Source of the DNA: Minutocellus sp. GHC0000111
Lineage: Eukaryota
Length of the DNA stretch: 64,000 nucleotides
NCBI GenBank assembly: GCA_977018835.1
Contig: OZ361258.1
Span: forward strand, 4,340,001 to 4,404,000
Direction: 5' to 3'
Positions 38,086 through 49,476 of the stretch are shown one piece after another. The notes beneath the pieces were generated by a model. It saw nothing but the letters and a program-made list of their open reading frames with translations, did not search any database and was not told where the DNA came from. How positions within the stretch are numbered: position 1 is the stretch's first letter; each line of letters starts with the position of its first letter. A program made the translations under genes and the position numbers.

Positions 38086-38147
38086 GTAATTAAAAACGGT
38101 GTTGTAAATTTATCAGACTACGACGTATGTATGGTGTAAGTAGAAAA

Positions 38148-40109
38148 TCATGATTCATCCCTTCGATATCCAATTCCTGGAGGACACACTCGCAAGGTAT
38201 ACTGGGCGAAGCCTGCAACAACGGAATAAACAACAAGAATTGCAAATCCAGCATTGAGGTCGCTATCGATCCGAAGAAGGGCCGCACCATCTCCTGCGAT
38301 CCTGGAGATGAAATCTGGGAAACGGAACTCGATGCTAAAGACAGAGATCATAAGCACTTCTATCGTCGCAAAACACCAGATATGTTCGAATAAATTTCTC
38401 CTTTGGCCCAAGAAATCCCTTGGCGACAGTGCGGTTGGCCAAGACAACAAGCTGAAGGACGTGCGTCGTGATGGGAAGAATAAGCAGAAGGAAGACCCAG
38501 CAAAGGTACAAGAACCAACTCTGACCTGGGGTCATGTTTGCCGCCAAGCCTTCGTAGCAAATTAGTGCACTGCCGAGAGTCACCAGATTGTAGTTTTTCA
38601 CACAGACACTTGCCGTATCTGCAGATTTGAAGGTAACGAGATCCAGAACAGCGCCAGAGATGTAAAGACCAATTGATAAAACAACCAAAACAATGGGAAT
38701 CCAAATCTGTTTCACCGGAAGTGGCTCGTCAAAATGTTCCTTTTCGGTATTTTTGGCCTCGCGAGCCTCCTCTACATCTCCTTGGTTTTCTGTACTACTA
38801 TTGCTGTGGCCCACGCCCAAAACCTTGCTCTCGTACTGGTGCTTAATCACTTCAATTTCAAAAAACTCCCAAAGGGTTGCGAGGAAAAATGCAATGATCG
38901 AGAAGCGGGCCTCGGCTCTCACAATCGCTTCGACTCCGCCAAAATCCAACTGGAGCTGAATCGCCACAAGGATGCAGATAACTGCAAACACATCTACGAG
39001 CGTATACTTGCTGAGACGCGACAGCCAGAGAAGAGTTTGGGTTTGCACCCTCCGAGAGCAAGGGAGGTACCAAAGCACCGCAAGCATAACATTCTTGAGG
39101 TAGGGCCATATGCCTGAGAATACAACAATAACGATGGCGAGGCCTTTGGCATCACCGTTCCATGCATCCTCTATGGATTCAACAAAAGAAAGAGGGTACG
39201 CGACATACCACCGATCGACTGCCTCATAGTCAAAGGCGTTGCACTGCTGGGGCAAATCTTTGAATGCTGGCATGTTGTTGCTGCTGGAGTCAGCCCCGTT
39301 CGTTTGCATCGTCGGATCCTGTTCCACGTCGGCGTTTGACGTATTAGCAGCAGCTGAACCAGGCAGTCCTGAGCATGTAACGAATTGCTCCTGGCAAGGA
39401 ATATTGCAGATTCTGCAGGCATCGCCTGATGGGTCGGTTAAGCAATCGGCGACGCACCCCTGCTGGAAGCCACAGATGGGGATCGCCGAGAAGCATGTGC
39501 TACAATCGGCCGTATATCCGTACTGCGTCTGGAAGCACTCTTCAATGCAGTCTGTATCGATCAGACAACCGCCATTGTACTCGCGCGAACAAAAGTTGGA
39601 TTGCTCTGACTGCGCATCCGATCCGCCGAGGGCAAGGTAATTGGTCAGATCAGCGGCCGAGCACTGGCCCGTGGCGGTGTTGTTATCACCGGGGATCGTG
39701 GGAAGCGTTGTTGAGGCTGGATCCTGACTTGAGAAGATACCTAGGTAACTGCCGACAGTCCTACGTGCGCGTACACCATGAGACCTGCATTTAGTGCCAG
39801 GGAAAGCATATGAAGGAGGCCAATCTTGTGCCCAAAGTATTGATTGATGTTTGTTTTGACCGGTGGTGATGATTCGACTGCTGCCACTGCATCAGGAGAA
39901 TTGTGTTTCTTCTCACTCGGTTGCGTCTTCGCCTCTGTTTTGGCGGGGCCCTGCTTGGAGGATTCGACTGCTGCCACTGCTGCTACTGCTTCCTCAGCGG
40001 CAAAACCATTCTCCTCATGTTTCTTGTTGCTCTTTGACTCCGTTGGTTTCCTGTTGCCACTCTCGGCCGCGGCCAGCTCACTTCTCTCCTTTTTGCTGAG
40101 ACCAGTCAT
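38148..40109 (-). pseudogene. PqiA-like multi-pass membrane protein with Cys-rich domain; two frameshifts
   Basis: 'FSGIWPYLK...LSKYTLVDVF' resembles the PqiA motif. An 8-bp insertion at 39738-39747 and a shift at ~38400-38450 split the frame. Confidence 0.65.
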
Positions 40110-40396
40110 GATGAGAAGTTCATTTAATGCTTGAATGCCACGGGGGATAGAGTAAATGTGCGTATCAGTTCATGACCTTGTGAGCTTTTGGTTCTTGGTC
40201 ATCGGATGGATCGGACCGTCTTGGCTTGATTGAAGCAGGTCAGCATCATGCGAAGGAAGGGCATAAAAAACACACCCAGCTGAAAGGCCTGAAAGCATGA
40301 CTTCATGATTGCATTGATTGCTGAAGTTGCTTGCAAAGTGTGAAGTGTAAAATGCAACAACAACAACAACCACACGTTTACACACATTAGAACTAG

Positions 40397-40780
40397 GACA
40401 TATCACCAGAAAAAGTAGACTTGGATAAAAATGGATATGGTGGATTGTTGCGATTATTCGAACCTGATTCTTTTGGACCCAATCTACTATGTGCATTGGT
40501 GGCCCTCATTTCGATATCTTTTGCTTACGAAGTGAGCAATAGTTCGTTGCAAGCAGAATGTGAGGCGTTCGTCAATAGGTTGCAGCACTCCCAATTCACT
40601 TCGCTGGCTTTGTTTGATTTCACAATGTTATCATGTACAATTGTCGACCCAATGGCAGATGATGCAAAGAGAAGAGGTTCCATAACAGATGAAGGCGAGA
40701 CCAAAAATCTTTGGCCATTCTTGTTGCCACTATTTGGTCCAGTGGGATGGGTTCTAATGAGGCCGGCCCTGCCTTCTTGA
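40397..40780 (+). pseudogene. 5'-truncated membrane protein remnant (DUF2834-like C-terminus)
   Basis: 'DFTMLS...MADDAKRRG...LPLFGPVGWVLMRPALPS*' resembles a conserved algal/cyanobacterial membrane protein end. No upstream ATG; in-frame TAG at ~40394. Confidence 0.5.
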
Positions 40781-40865
40781 TTTGCTTGGTCTCAGCTATT
40801 ACGTATATCATACAAGTACGAAGATGAACATATAGCGAATTATTATTTTGCATTTTACACTGCCT

Positions 40866-41351
40866 CTACTCCTTCTTTTCCTCCTCATCGCCTCCATGAC
40901 GAGCGGCCTTGTTCAGCTGACGCGTGAGACGACCACTCACCCAACCAGTCTGATCACCAGAGGCCTCGATGTCGAATCGATCTTCTCCAAGCTCCTCAGC
41001 CTGCTTCTCCATAATGACATCCGTAAGGCACTGATTGTCCTCCACAAACACATCCGATTGATTGCGGTACTGCCTCTCCAGTTCCTCCAGTACCAGCGTG
41101 TACATGGGACACATGGCACGATCCTTGCCGGTACGGGCCAGAATTTCCTGGTATGGCTCGTACGTGTCCAACCGATGGATGGGCGACAACACCTTATCGA
41201 GCTGCATGAACGCAACATGAGTAGCCCAAGAATCGGCATTGTCAAAGATATGCGTGGTGTACACCACCGAAGCACCGCGCTTCTCGCATTCCCGGCTCAG
41301 ATAGTCGAAGAAACGCTTGCGCGAGAAGATGTCCAAGTCGGCAGTGAACTC
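40866..41351 (-). pseudogene. C-terminal half of an ABC ATPase (CAF16/ABCI-like), 5' half missing
   Basis: 'EFTADLDIFSRKRFFDYL..ECEKRGASVVYTTHIFD...WATHV' is the D-loop/H-switch region. Walker A, signature and Walker B are absent. Confidence 0.8.
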
Positions 41352-41355
41352 AACC

Positions 41356-43127
41356 ATGCCACCACTGCCCAGCGTCCCGACAGTCGACGGGCCGGCGATC
41401 ATTGTCGATTCCGACGGCGTCGTCGACGTGGTCAATGGAGACAAGGCCGCCCGGAACGGCAGCGTCCCCGGCCTGCTCAACGATTCCATCAGCAGCGCCT
41501 GCACCGACGAGCTGCACGTGAGCGCCGAGACATCGTCCCCCACCGGCACCGAAATCGGCGCCGGACCGGCGGTCGACATGGAAGTCATGGGGATCTACAA
41601 GCGCGGTTCCGTCCCGCGCGAGTCGGAATTGCCCAAGGACTACGTCTTGAAGGACTGCCAGCAGGATCAGGTCATGGTCCGGCAGCGGCTCAAGACCCGA
41701 CCGCTTCTGGACGATGCCGAGGAGGAGCACGATTTGATAGAAGAGGAGGAAGCAGCGGACGATTCCGACTCCTCCGATTCCTCCTCGGACAGCAGCGACG
41801 ACAGCAGTGACGGGAGCGATGCCGACGACGAATCCGCAACCAAAAATAAGCAGCAGCAGAAGCAAAAGAAGAAGAAGATGAGCAAACAGTCCAAGAAGGA
41901 GCGAACGACCAAATCGCTCCGCCGCAGACTCAAGAGCAAGGCGGCCGACGGGACGGAGTACGACGTGGCCATGTTTAAGCCGGAGCAGGGATTGGTCATG
42001 AGGAAGAGCGACTGGCCGTTCTACCACGCCGACCTGTCGGAGCATTCCGATTCGTCCGACGACGAGAGGGTGAGTGCTTAATTTGTGTTGCGTGCCTCTC
42101 GTGTCTTTTTGTTGGTGCACCCATTTTTATATTATGTGTCACTTTCTCTGTTGAATTCCCACTTGCTTCCATCGACGTTATCGTTCACCAACTCGTTCAT
42201 TTGTATTTTACCAAACATTTATTTTAACCTTAGGTATACGACGAGAGGGCCATCCTGTGGCAGTCCATAGATAACTATGAGGCCCTGATGAGCAACCCCA
42301 CCACCTCCAAGTATTTCCTTCCTCCCACCATTGTCGAGGCGGAGGCTCCAACCCCCGAATCCGAGGCCGGAGCCAACAACACCTCCATCGAAGTTGATGC
42401 CGATGGAGGAGTCACCTCCGATCCCGCCACGGAAGCCATCGAACTCATCTTGGACAACCGCCGATTCGGGGAGCAGGTCATCGTCAAGGGCATCTCGGCC
42501 AAGGACATTGCCATCGGGGACATCTTTGAGGTGGAGGTTGGACACTCTTCCCTCAAGGTGGAGGTGTCCAGTCCCCGTTTACCGTGCTCGTATGTTGACA
42601 AGCGCAACGGCTCGCCCTTTGGCATGAAGGGCGTCAAACGCTACACCATGACGGAGGGTCTGGCAGGATGGTTCACCCGAGTCCTTGTGCCTGGTGAGCT
42701 GCGCGATGGCATGCACCTTGTCCGAACAGCCCACCCCCAACCAAAATGGACCCTGCCTGAAATCTCGAGGGCGTTGTATGGCGAAGGTCCGAAGCGTCGA
42801 CAAATGCTGGGATATCCCTACTGGAACCGATCGAAGGAGGAGCTCCAGGAGCTTTGCAATCTCAAGGCTCTGGGCCGAGTAGAATGGAAAGACGAGGCCA
42901 TGTGGATATTGGATGGCAACGATTCCGACTATGAGGAGGATCAGCGCAAGAAGAAGGAGGAGGCCGAAAAGCTGGCGGCCCAAGCAGCGGCTGCCGAGAA
43001 GGAGGCCGAGAGCTCCGATTTCTTCAACCAAGACTTCCTCGGTGCCTGGGTGACCGGTGGTCTTGCCGCCTGCTGTGGCGGAGTGGCCCTTGCTACCTTC
43101 TGCTCTCCCATATTTGGCCAAGCATAA
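41356..43127 (+). CDS. MOSC-domain (YiiM-like) protein
   Basis: 'FGEQVIVKG...IGDIF...VEVSSPRLPC...GLAGWFTRVLVPGEL'. Intron 42070-42233 joins the exons in frame (DER/VYDERAILWQS). Confidence 0.8.
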
Positions 43128-43242
43128 ATGTTATGAGTGTAACAGAACATAAAACGAATAGAACAATGTATGGAAAAAGAAAGTATCTTTTATTCGAATA
43201 ATATACTCTAACATCCCCATTCCCACAACCCTCATCATCATC

Positions 43243-43710
43243 TCATATTGTTTCGCCAAGGTACAGCCCATACAATATACTAAGCGCCAGTACACCACCA
43301 AGTGCTCGGTTGTGGGCAATATATCTCTTATCTCCGTGCCACAGTACATATCGAAAGTAGGGTGCCAACGCCGCAAAGCCGGCCGTCTCATTGATGTAAT
43401 CATCCTTCCCCCTCAACAGTCCCACCCAACTGCTGGTTGTTCGCTGTACCGCGAAGAAACCACCGAAGATCATGGCATTGTGCCCAATGGAGGGGAGGAG
43501 GGAGCGGTGAAATATCGGCCGGGCGGGTCGGGCCACAACCACCGCATCGGGAGTGCCCGGGGGGTAGAACGGACTGACGCTGCCCCAGATGCCACCGATG
43601 ATACTGCCGTTGAGGAAGGCGAATATTCCATCGGAGGCTACGGTGCTGAGCGTTTTGTACGTTGCCAGGTTGGGAACACCAGGGGGCAGAGCGTTCCTGT
43701 CTGATGGCAT
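43243..43710 (-). CDS. Tim17/Tim22/Tim23-family-like membrane protein
   Basis: Gly-rich TM segments, 'IGHNAMIFGGFFAV' and 'LRGKDDYINETAG'. Confidence 0.7.
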   Translation of the reverse strand: MPSDRNALPPGVPNLATYKTLSTVASDGIFAFLNGSIIGGIWGSVSPFYPPGTPDAVVVARPARPIFHRSLLPSIGHNAMIFGGFFAVQRTTSSWVGLLRGKDDYINETAGFAALAPYFRYVLWHGDKRYIAHNRALGGVLALSILYGLYLGETI

Positions 43711-43736
43711 GTTGGTGCAATTCGGGTATTCAGTAT

Positions 43737-43856
43737 TGTCTGGGATGCCAGCTAGGTACTACGTAGTCACATCAACAGCGGTCCTTCAGCCTTCTGTCTG
43801 GGATGCCAGATGCCAGCTTGTCTAGATAATACGTAGTCACATCAACAGCTGTCCTT
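43737..43856. repeat. Imperfect tandem duplication in divergent promoter
   Basis: 'tgtctgggatgccag...tacgtagtcacatcaacagc(g/t)gtcctt' occurs twice. Confidence 0.85.
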
Positions 43857-44045
43857 GTTGTCATGGTTGCTTTGAATGATGAGCGTTGCGCTTGAATGCG
43901 AGATTTTGGTCTGTCTGTCACCATACACAGACAAAGGCGTTTTGTGCTTTTGTCCACTGACGCATGACCGCAAAGATTCAGCCAAGGCGGCATCATTGTT
44001 CTTTGCATCTCGCCAATAACAACTCCTCCAGTAGTCAACCCAAAG

Positions 44046-45171
44046 ATGCGCGTCTCTGCCCTCACCCTTCTCCTCTCGGCTGCCTCCACCTCGGCCTTCA
44101 GCCCCGCCCTCACCGGCAGCCGTTCCTCGGCCGTCTCCACCACCGCCATCTTCGGCTCCAAGGCCGCCGTCAAGAAGGCCTCCCGCTCCAAGTGGGCCGA
44201 GGCTCGCGGATACGCCGATGGCGTGGCCACCGCCTCCAAGGCCGAAGCTGGTCTCATGACCAACTCCGACGGACTCGAATACGTCAAGCTCGTGCATGAG
44301 AACGGCTCATCGTCCGAGATTTATCTGTTTGGAGGAGATGTCACCAGCTACATAGATGCCGGTGGTGTTGAGTACATCGCCGTCCGTCCTGACGCTAAGA
44401 TGGATGGATCGAAGCCGATCAGCGGTGGTCTGAGCCATTGCTTCCCCCAGTTTGGCCCCGGAGAGATCCAGCAGCAGTGAGTATCTTCTTTTGAATGTTA
44501 TATACATTCTTTCAGCACAGACTGTATCACTGTTTCTTCCAATTGGTATCTCACATATTTTTTGCACTCCAACAACCATCAGTGGATTCGCTCGTAACGT
44601 CAACTGGGCCGTCAAGTCCATGGATGACACCTCGGTCGTTCTGGAGCTCGCTCCTTCGGATTACACCAAGGAGATGTGGGACAAGGAGTTCCTTTGCACC
44701 TTCACCGTGACGCTCGAGGCCGATCAGCTCAAGACCAGCCTCGTCGTGGACAATAAGGGAGAGGAGGCATTCGATTTCCAGGCCGCCCTGCACTCGTACT
44801 TTACCGTCAGCGCCTTGGACAACTTGGAGATCAGCGGATTGTTCGAGGGCAAGGAGTTCCTCAACAAGCTGGCCGGTGATGGTGGTGAGATGCAGACCGA
44901 GGATCGCTCGGCCATTACCATTGGAGAGGAGTATGACCGTGTTTACACCGGTGTCAATGATCCTGTTCTCAACGACAAGGGCACTGGAAAGAGCTTGGCT
45001 GTGCTCAACACTGCTGGATGGGAGGACACTGTTGTGTGGAACCCCTACGGCGATGAGGGCATGGGCTACAATAACTTTGTCTGCGTGGAGAGTGTCAAGT
45101 TCGACCCCTTCACTCTCGCCGGTGGTGAATCCTGGACGGGAGATATGGCCCTCAAGCCTTCGGACCTTTAG
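44046..45171 (+). CDS. Plastid-targeted aldose-1-epimerase family protein (G6P-1-epimerase/PNSB2-like)
   Basis: Signal peptide + TSAFSP, 'ISGGLSHCFPQFG', QQHGFARN across intron 44477-44582, ALHSYF, VVWNP and FVCVE. Confidence 0.88.
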
Positions 45172-45226
45172 AGGAGCTGTCTGAATCTTTAAAGTAAATG
45201 AAAGCCTTCTAAACTAAGGTGCACGA

Positions 45227-45949
45227 CTATATGAGTTGATAATACCAATGCTCTTCCTCTGTGCCGACAGCCAGAAACCAGCCCTCTCCTTCTTCTTTCC
45301 ATTCTCTTTGAGCAGTTTGTACTGAATTACTCGCTAAATCAGAGTACGTATCGATGCCTCCATATGGTGCAAGTTTGCCATGAATTGCGCTGATCATGTA
45401 AGGACATGTTGCAGGATCAATATCAACATCATTTGCATTGTCGTCGAAACGAACTATCCTCGCATAATATGGTTCCCAAGTTCTGAACTGATTTCGTATT
45501 GTAACGACCGCAGGACTGTTGCTTCCTGATACTTCCACCATATTCCCAATACTGGCTTTTATTCGATCCTTATTCGTCACCATTCTCTTGGCCCAGTTTG
45601 GCCATCTGTTGTAATCGGCAGCAGCCCTCTGCTCTTCTTCTGCTGCGGCAATGTCTTCTTCCTTGGTAGAGGAAGAAGAGTACAGCGATTGTGCAAAATC
45701 TTGACCAGCAGCTGAACCGATTGACGAAGGATCATCGAAGCGGTACTTTCCGCCGTGCACATTCAAAACATAGTCATCGATGCTCTTGGACGATGTGGCA
45801 TCGTCACCACTTTCGGTATTGTTTCCTTGCCCAATATTGTAGGCGCCTACAGATGATGACCTCTTGAAAGCGTTGGTATTAACAAGCACAAACGCTGAGC
45901 CAATCGACCAAGAATGCACAATGGAAGCGAGAAAGACGAGATTGGCCAT
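45227..45949 (-). CDS. Hypothetical protein, probably plastid-targeted
   Basis: ORF of ~240 aa with a signal peptide followed by GSAFVL. Confidence 0.6.
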   Translation of the reverse strand: MANLVFLASIVHSWSIGSAFVLVNTNAFKRSSSVGAYNIGQGNNTESGDDATSSKSIDDYVLNVHGGKYRFDDPSSIGSAAGQDFAQSLYSSSSTKEEDIAAAEEEQRAAADYNRWPNWAKRMVTNKDRIKASIGNMVEVSGSNSPAVVTIRNQFRTWEPYYARIVRFDDNANDVDIDPATCPYMISAIHGKLAPYGGIDTYSDLASNSVQTAQREWKEEGEGWFLAVGTEEEHWYYQLI

Positions 45950-46949
45950 GCTGCCTACTTCTCTACGAGGCTCGTATCCGGCACAAACCAAGTCTCGGCG
46001 CGAGGCGTCCGTCTTGACTCCCAGTCTTACGAGCACCTCGTAGGAAATCCTACAAGCCTACATTGGTTTGTCCGTCATCCGTTTTCGCAATTCATCTCAT
46101 CTGCTTCTCACCGCGCTAAGCACTAGTAGCTAGGCCTAGATATGTGTAACATGCATTTATGATTTGTTGATCTTCTTGCATGCAAAAGAACAAGCCTTCG
46201 CGACGATCGATGCATTCACAGAGATAAAACGTTCATCAAAACAAAGATCCGGGGACCGAAAATGGCACAGCTGTGTCAGAGAATTCCGGCCTGCTCGCGA
46301 TTTCCCACGTTTTTGAGCCTCGAGGCGAGGCCGGCGCAAGATAAAATTTATCCGGACACGAAGAAACGCATTCAGATTGGCCGGCCAATCTGACGAGTCA
46401 GACGACCCTAGAGCTACGTAGGCCTCCTAGCTAGGGTGCCCCGACGTCAACATCTCTGTTTCATTGGATGCGCTCCCTGGTGCAAAGCTTCCTGATAAGT
46501 TGCTGAGAATCAACTTGCTTGATTGAGATTCGATTCTGGGAAAGCAGTGACTTCTGCCGTCATGTGCCCGAGCCCTCTGACCTGCCCTCTGACCTGGTGC
46601 CCTCTGACCTGGCAGCTGGCGGCAGTGAAAAATAAATACTCAAATAAATTCATTGGCATTGTGCACAAAAAATCCGAAATAGGCGACGGGCACAGGACAG
46701 CCCCAAGTCCTTCCGACATTGGCCCGCAGAAAGTGCTCTCATCAGCCAGGATTCCATGGCCCAACAGCCCTCGACTGGCAGATGGCAGGTTGGAAATAGT
46801 GAACAAAAGATGAACCATGCACAATGCAAGGACGAGCCACAGTCACGGATCAGGCCACGGAGCGATGACACCCTTCAACAAAGCACCATTTTTCAGCTCT
46901 TTTGGTAGGTTGCAACCAAAGACTACATTGGGTACAGTGTCAGTCAACA

Positions 46950-48416
46950 ATGAAGCTCAACAATCTTTGGCACGATCTCCTCGCTTGGGCGGTGATGATG
47001 TTCGTCCCTCAGGTCGTCGTCGATGCGGCAACTCAAGGTTATGGAGATTCTTCACCGCCTACTTTTGCCTGGAGCACCATTGGATGCTCCCAGGGACACA
47101 ACTATTGTGGTACTTTGACATTCTGTCTGGATGGTAGCACATATGGTTATCGAATGGCGGGAGATTCTACGTGCTACTCCCCAGGCCCACTGATCCGTCT
47201 CATCGCAGGCAACACCTACGAACTAATTCTTGCCAATGACAGCAACACAGGCTTTCCGACGAATGTCCACACCCACGGTCTTCATATTAGCGGAGATGCC
47301 CCCTCTGACGATGTTAGAATCGTCGTTCCACCCGGAGAGAGTCATGCCTACACTTGGGATCTCGATGCCAATCATCCCGGTGGTACGAATTGGTATCACT
47401 CCCACAAGCACGAATATTCCGAGGAGCAGGTCAAGAACGGCGCCCTTGGTCTGCTCATCGTGGAGGATAATGCCAGCGACTTCTCTGGCAGCGCACCAGC
47501 ATGGGCCTCCAACGAGCTCAATCTTCAGCTGATAAAGCAACCCAGTGGAGGTGCCCATACCGCCAACGGCAAATCGGCCGAAACATTCACCGTCACGCCA
47601 AACGAATGGAGTCGCCTTCGACTCTCCTATGCGAATTACAGAGGATCCGGTACTGACATCGACTTTGAAGAGAATATCTTCCAGGGCTCGGACTGTGACA
47701 TCCGCAAGGTTGCCAACGACGGCGTGTGGGCATCCACACCTGGTGCTTCAGCCAACTCCTTCTTCCTATCTGGATCGAGCCGCGCCGATTTTGCCGTCCG
47801 CTGCAATAGCCCAGGTGATGTCATCAACGTCAAGATTGGAAGGAAAGCGTTTGCCACGATCACTTCATCCGGCCCGGGTTCGACCGGGGTCCCACTAGAA
47901 AGCACATACACTATCGTTCGTCCTCCCGCTCTTTCTGGTCTTGAAGGGTCGGTTCCCTCGTCCAACCAAAAGGATATCGGAATGTCTGGCGGCAACATCA
48001 ATGTTGATGGAAGCAGCTTCACCTGGGATCCCACCTCTCCGGTTGCGACTATCCCTCTCAATGAGGTGCAGGAGTGGACCATTTCTGGCTCATCTGCTCA
48101 CCCATTTCATTTGCACTTGTACCGTAAGTTTCTGCTATTTGTGTACATATGCAATCTGCAAATCTAATTTTAGCGCAATCATAATTTCCTCACTTCATTC
48201 CGTACTCCCCTGTATCTACTTCATCTGCTTTCGACGACAGACATGATGATTGTGTCCGGTTGCGACAGTGAAAAATACGCCGTCGGAGAGTTTTACGATA
48301 CCCTCGAATCGAGTTCAACGTGCACCGTCAGATTCAAGACCGCCGATTTTGGTGGGCCGATGGTGATGCATTGTCACGTACTGTCCCATATGGGTCGTCG
48401 AGGAAAGAAATTGTAA
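46950..48416 (+). pseudogene. Secreted multicopper oxidase, C-terminally truncated
   Basis: TNVHTHGLH, WYHSHKH and HPFHLH. Intron 48124-48240. The last exon ends MHCHVLSH and then runs into unrelated sequence (MGRRGKKL*). Confidence 0.8.
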
Positions 48417-49266
48417 TGTCTTCGTGACGAAGGTTGATGCAGATCCGTTCTGTGATTCTCCCTTCTTCTTCTCCAAAGTATATTCTTTCGCTGCCGTAGA
48501 AAAGGATGTCGTCAACTCTCCTTCGGATCGTCGTCATTCGAAGGTCTTCGTATTCAATGTAGCTGTACATCCCCTTACTTGTTCTCTCAATAGCAAAAGG
48601 AGGTGAGATTTCTGCCCTTTCAAGAGTTATTCGACCGAAGTTGGCATAGGGTGTGATTGGTCGAGAATCGACAAGATCTGCCCAATCATTCTCTTTCATC
48701 CAACGCTGTATCCTTTTCCACCGCAATGGTAGGATCGCATCATGCAGATAACTTTTGTTGTTATGTATGTATGCAAATCTCACAGTGTCGGCGACCGCTT
48801 TTCCGCCAGCAATGCAAAGGTTCATGATCTCCGAAGGCAAGTCCTTGACTCTAGCGGTATAGTTTGGGGTTCCTTCTTTTGCCTTCTTTACCAGCCTTTT
48901 ATCGGGTAACCGAGTTTGCTTCCCCAACGCAAGGAACCTCCCGATGTGTCCGTACACCGCAAGCGGAAGCTCCGGCAGCGCATCTCTTCTCCAATCATGC
49001 AGCTCATCGAACGGAATAAGCCTCAGCGCGACGATGCCGACCTTGAACACCCGAAAGTCACCTTTTTTGAATGGATCCTCTGACCGTTGAAGCAGCCGGC
49101 GCCATTCGGCATCGTCGACGAGCTTGAGCCGTTCCACCGTCCCAAAGGCATTCTCCTCGAGCCATGCGTCGAGATGGTCAGGGTACGGGAGTCGCCGCTG
49201 TGCGAACCACTCGGATACCTCTGGTAACCTAGCCCCGCGCATAATATTAGCAGTATGTTGACTCAT
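48391..49266 (-). pseudogene. Hypothetical protein, 3' end apparently lost at the junction with the oxidase gene
   Basis: 310-aa ORF whose last ~18 codons are the antisense of the oxidase exon. Confidence 0.5.
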
Positions 49267-49476
49267 ATTTGGGTTTATTTGAGGGCTGCTGGGATATCGC
49301 TTAGTGCGTACGGCAGGGCGGCAGCGCTGGCCACAACCACCTCGTTCCTCCGATTGGCCTCAGGCCTCGCAGTGCAGACTGCGTTCATGATTTGAAAAAA
49401 AAAAGTTTGTCCGTCGTCCGTCTCCATCATTCTTCGTCTCTCGTCTCATTTTCACGAGCAGTCTCAGCCAGACAAC

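Noticed and set aside
40866..41588. 240-aa ORF as a genuine full-length gene
   Set aside because: Its N-terminal third is the antisense of the MOSC exon; only the ABC C-terminal part is homologous.
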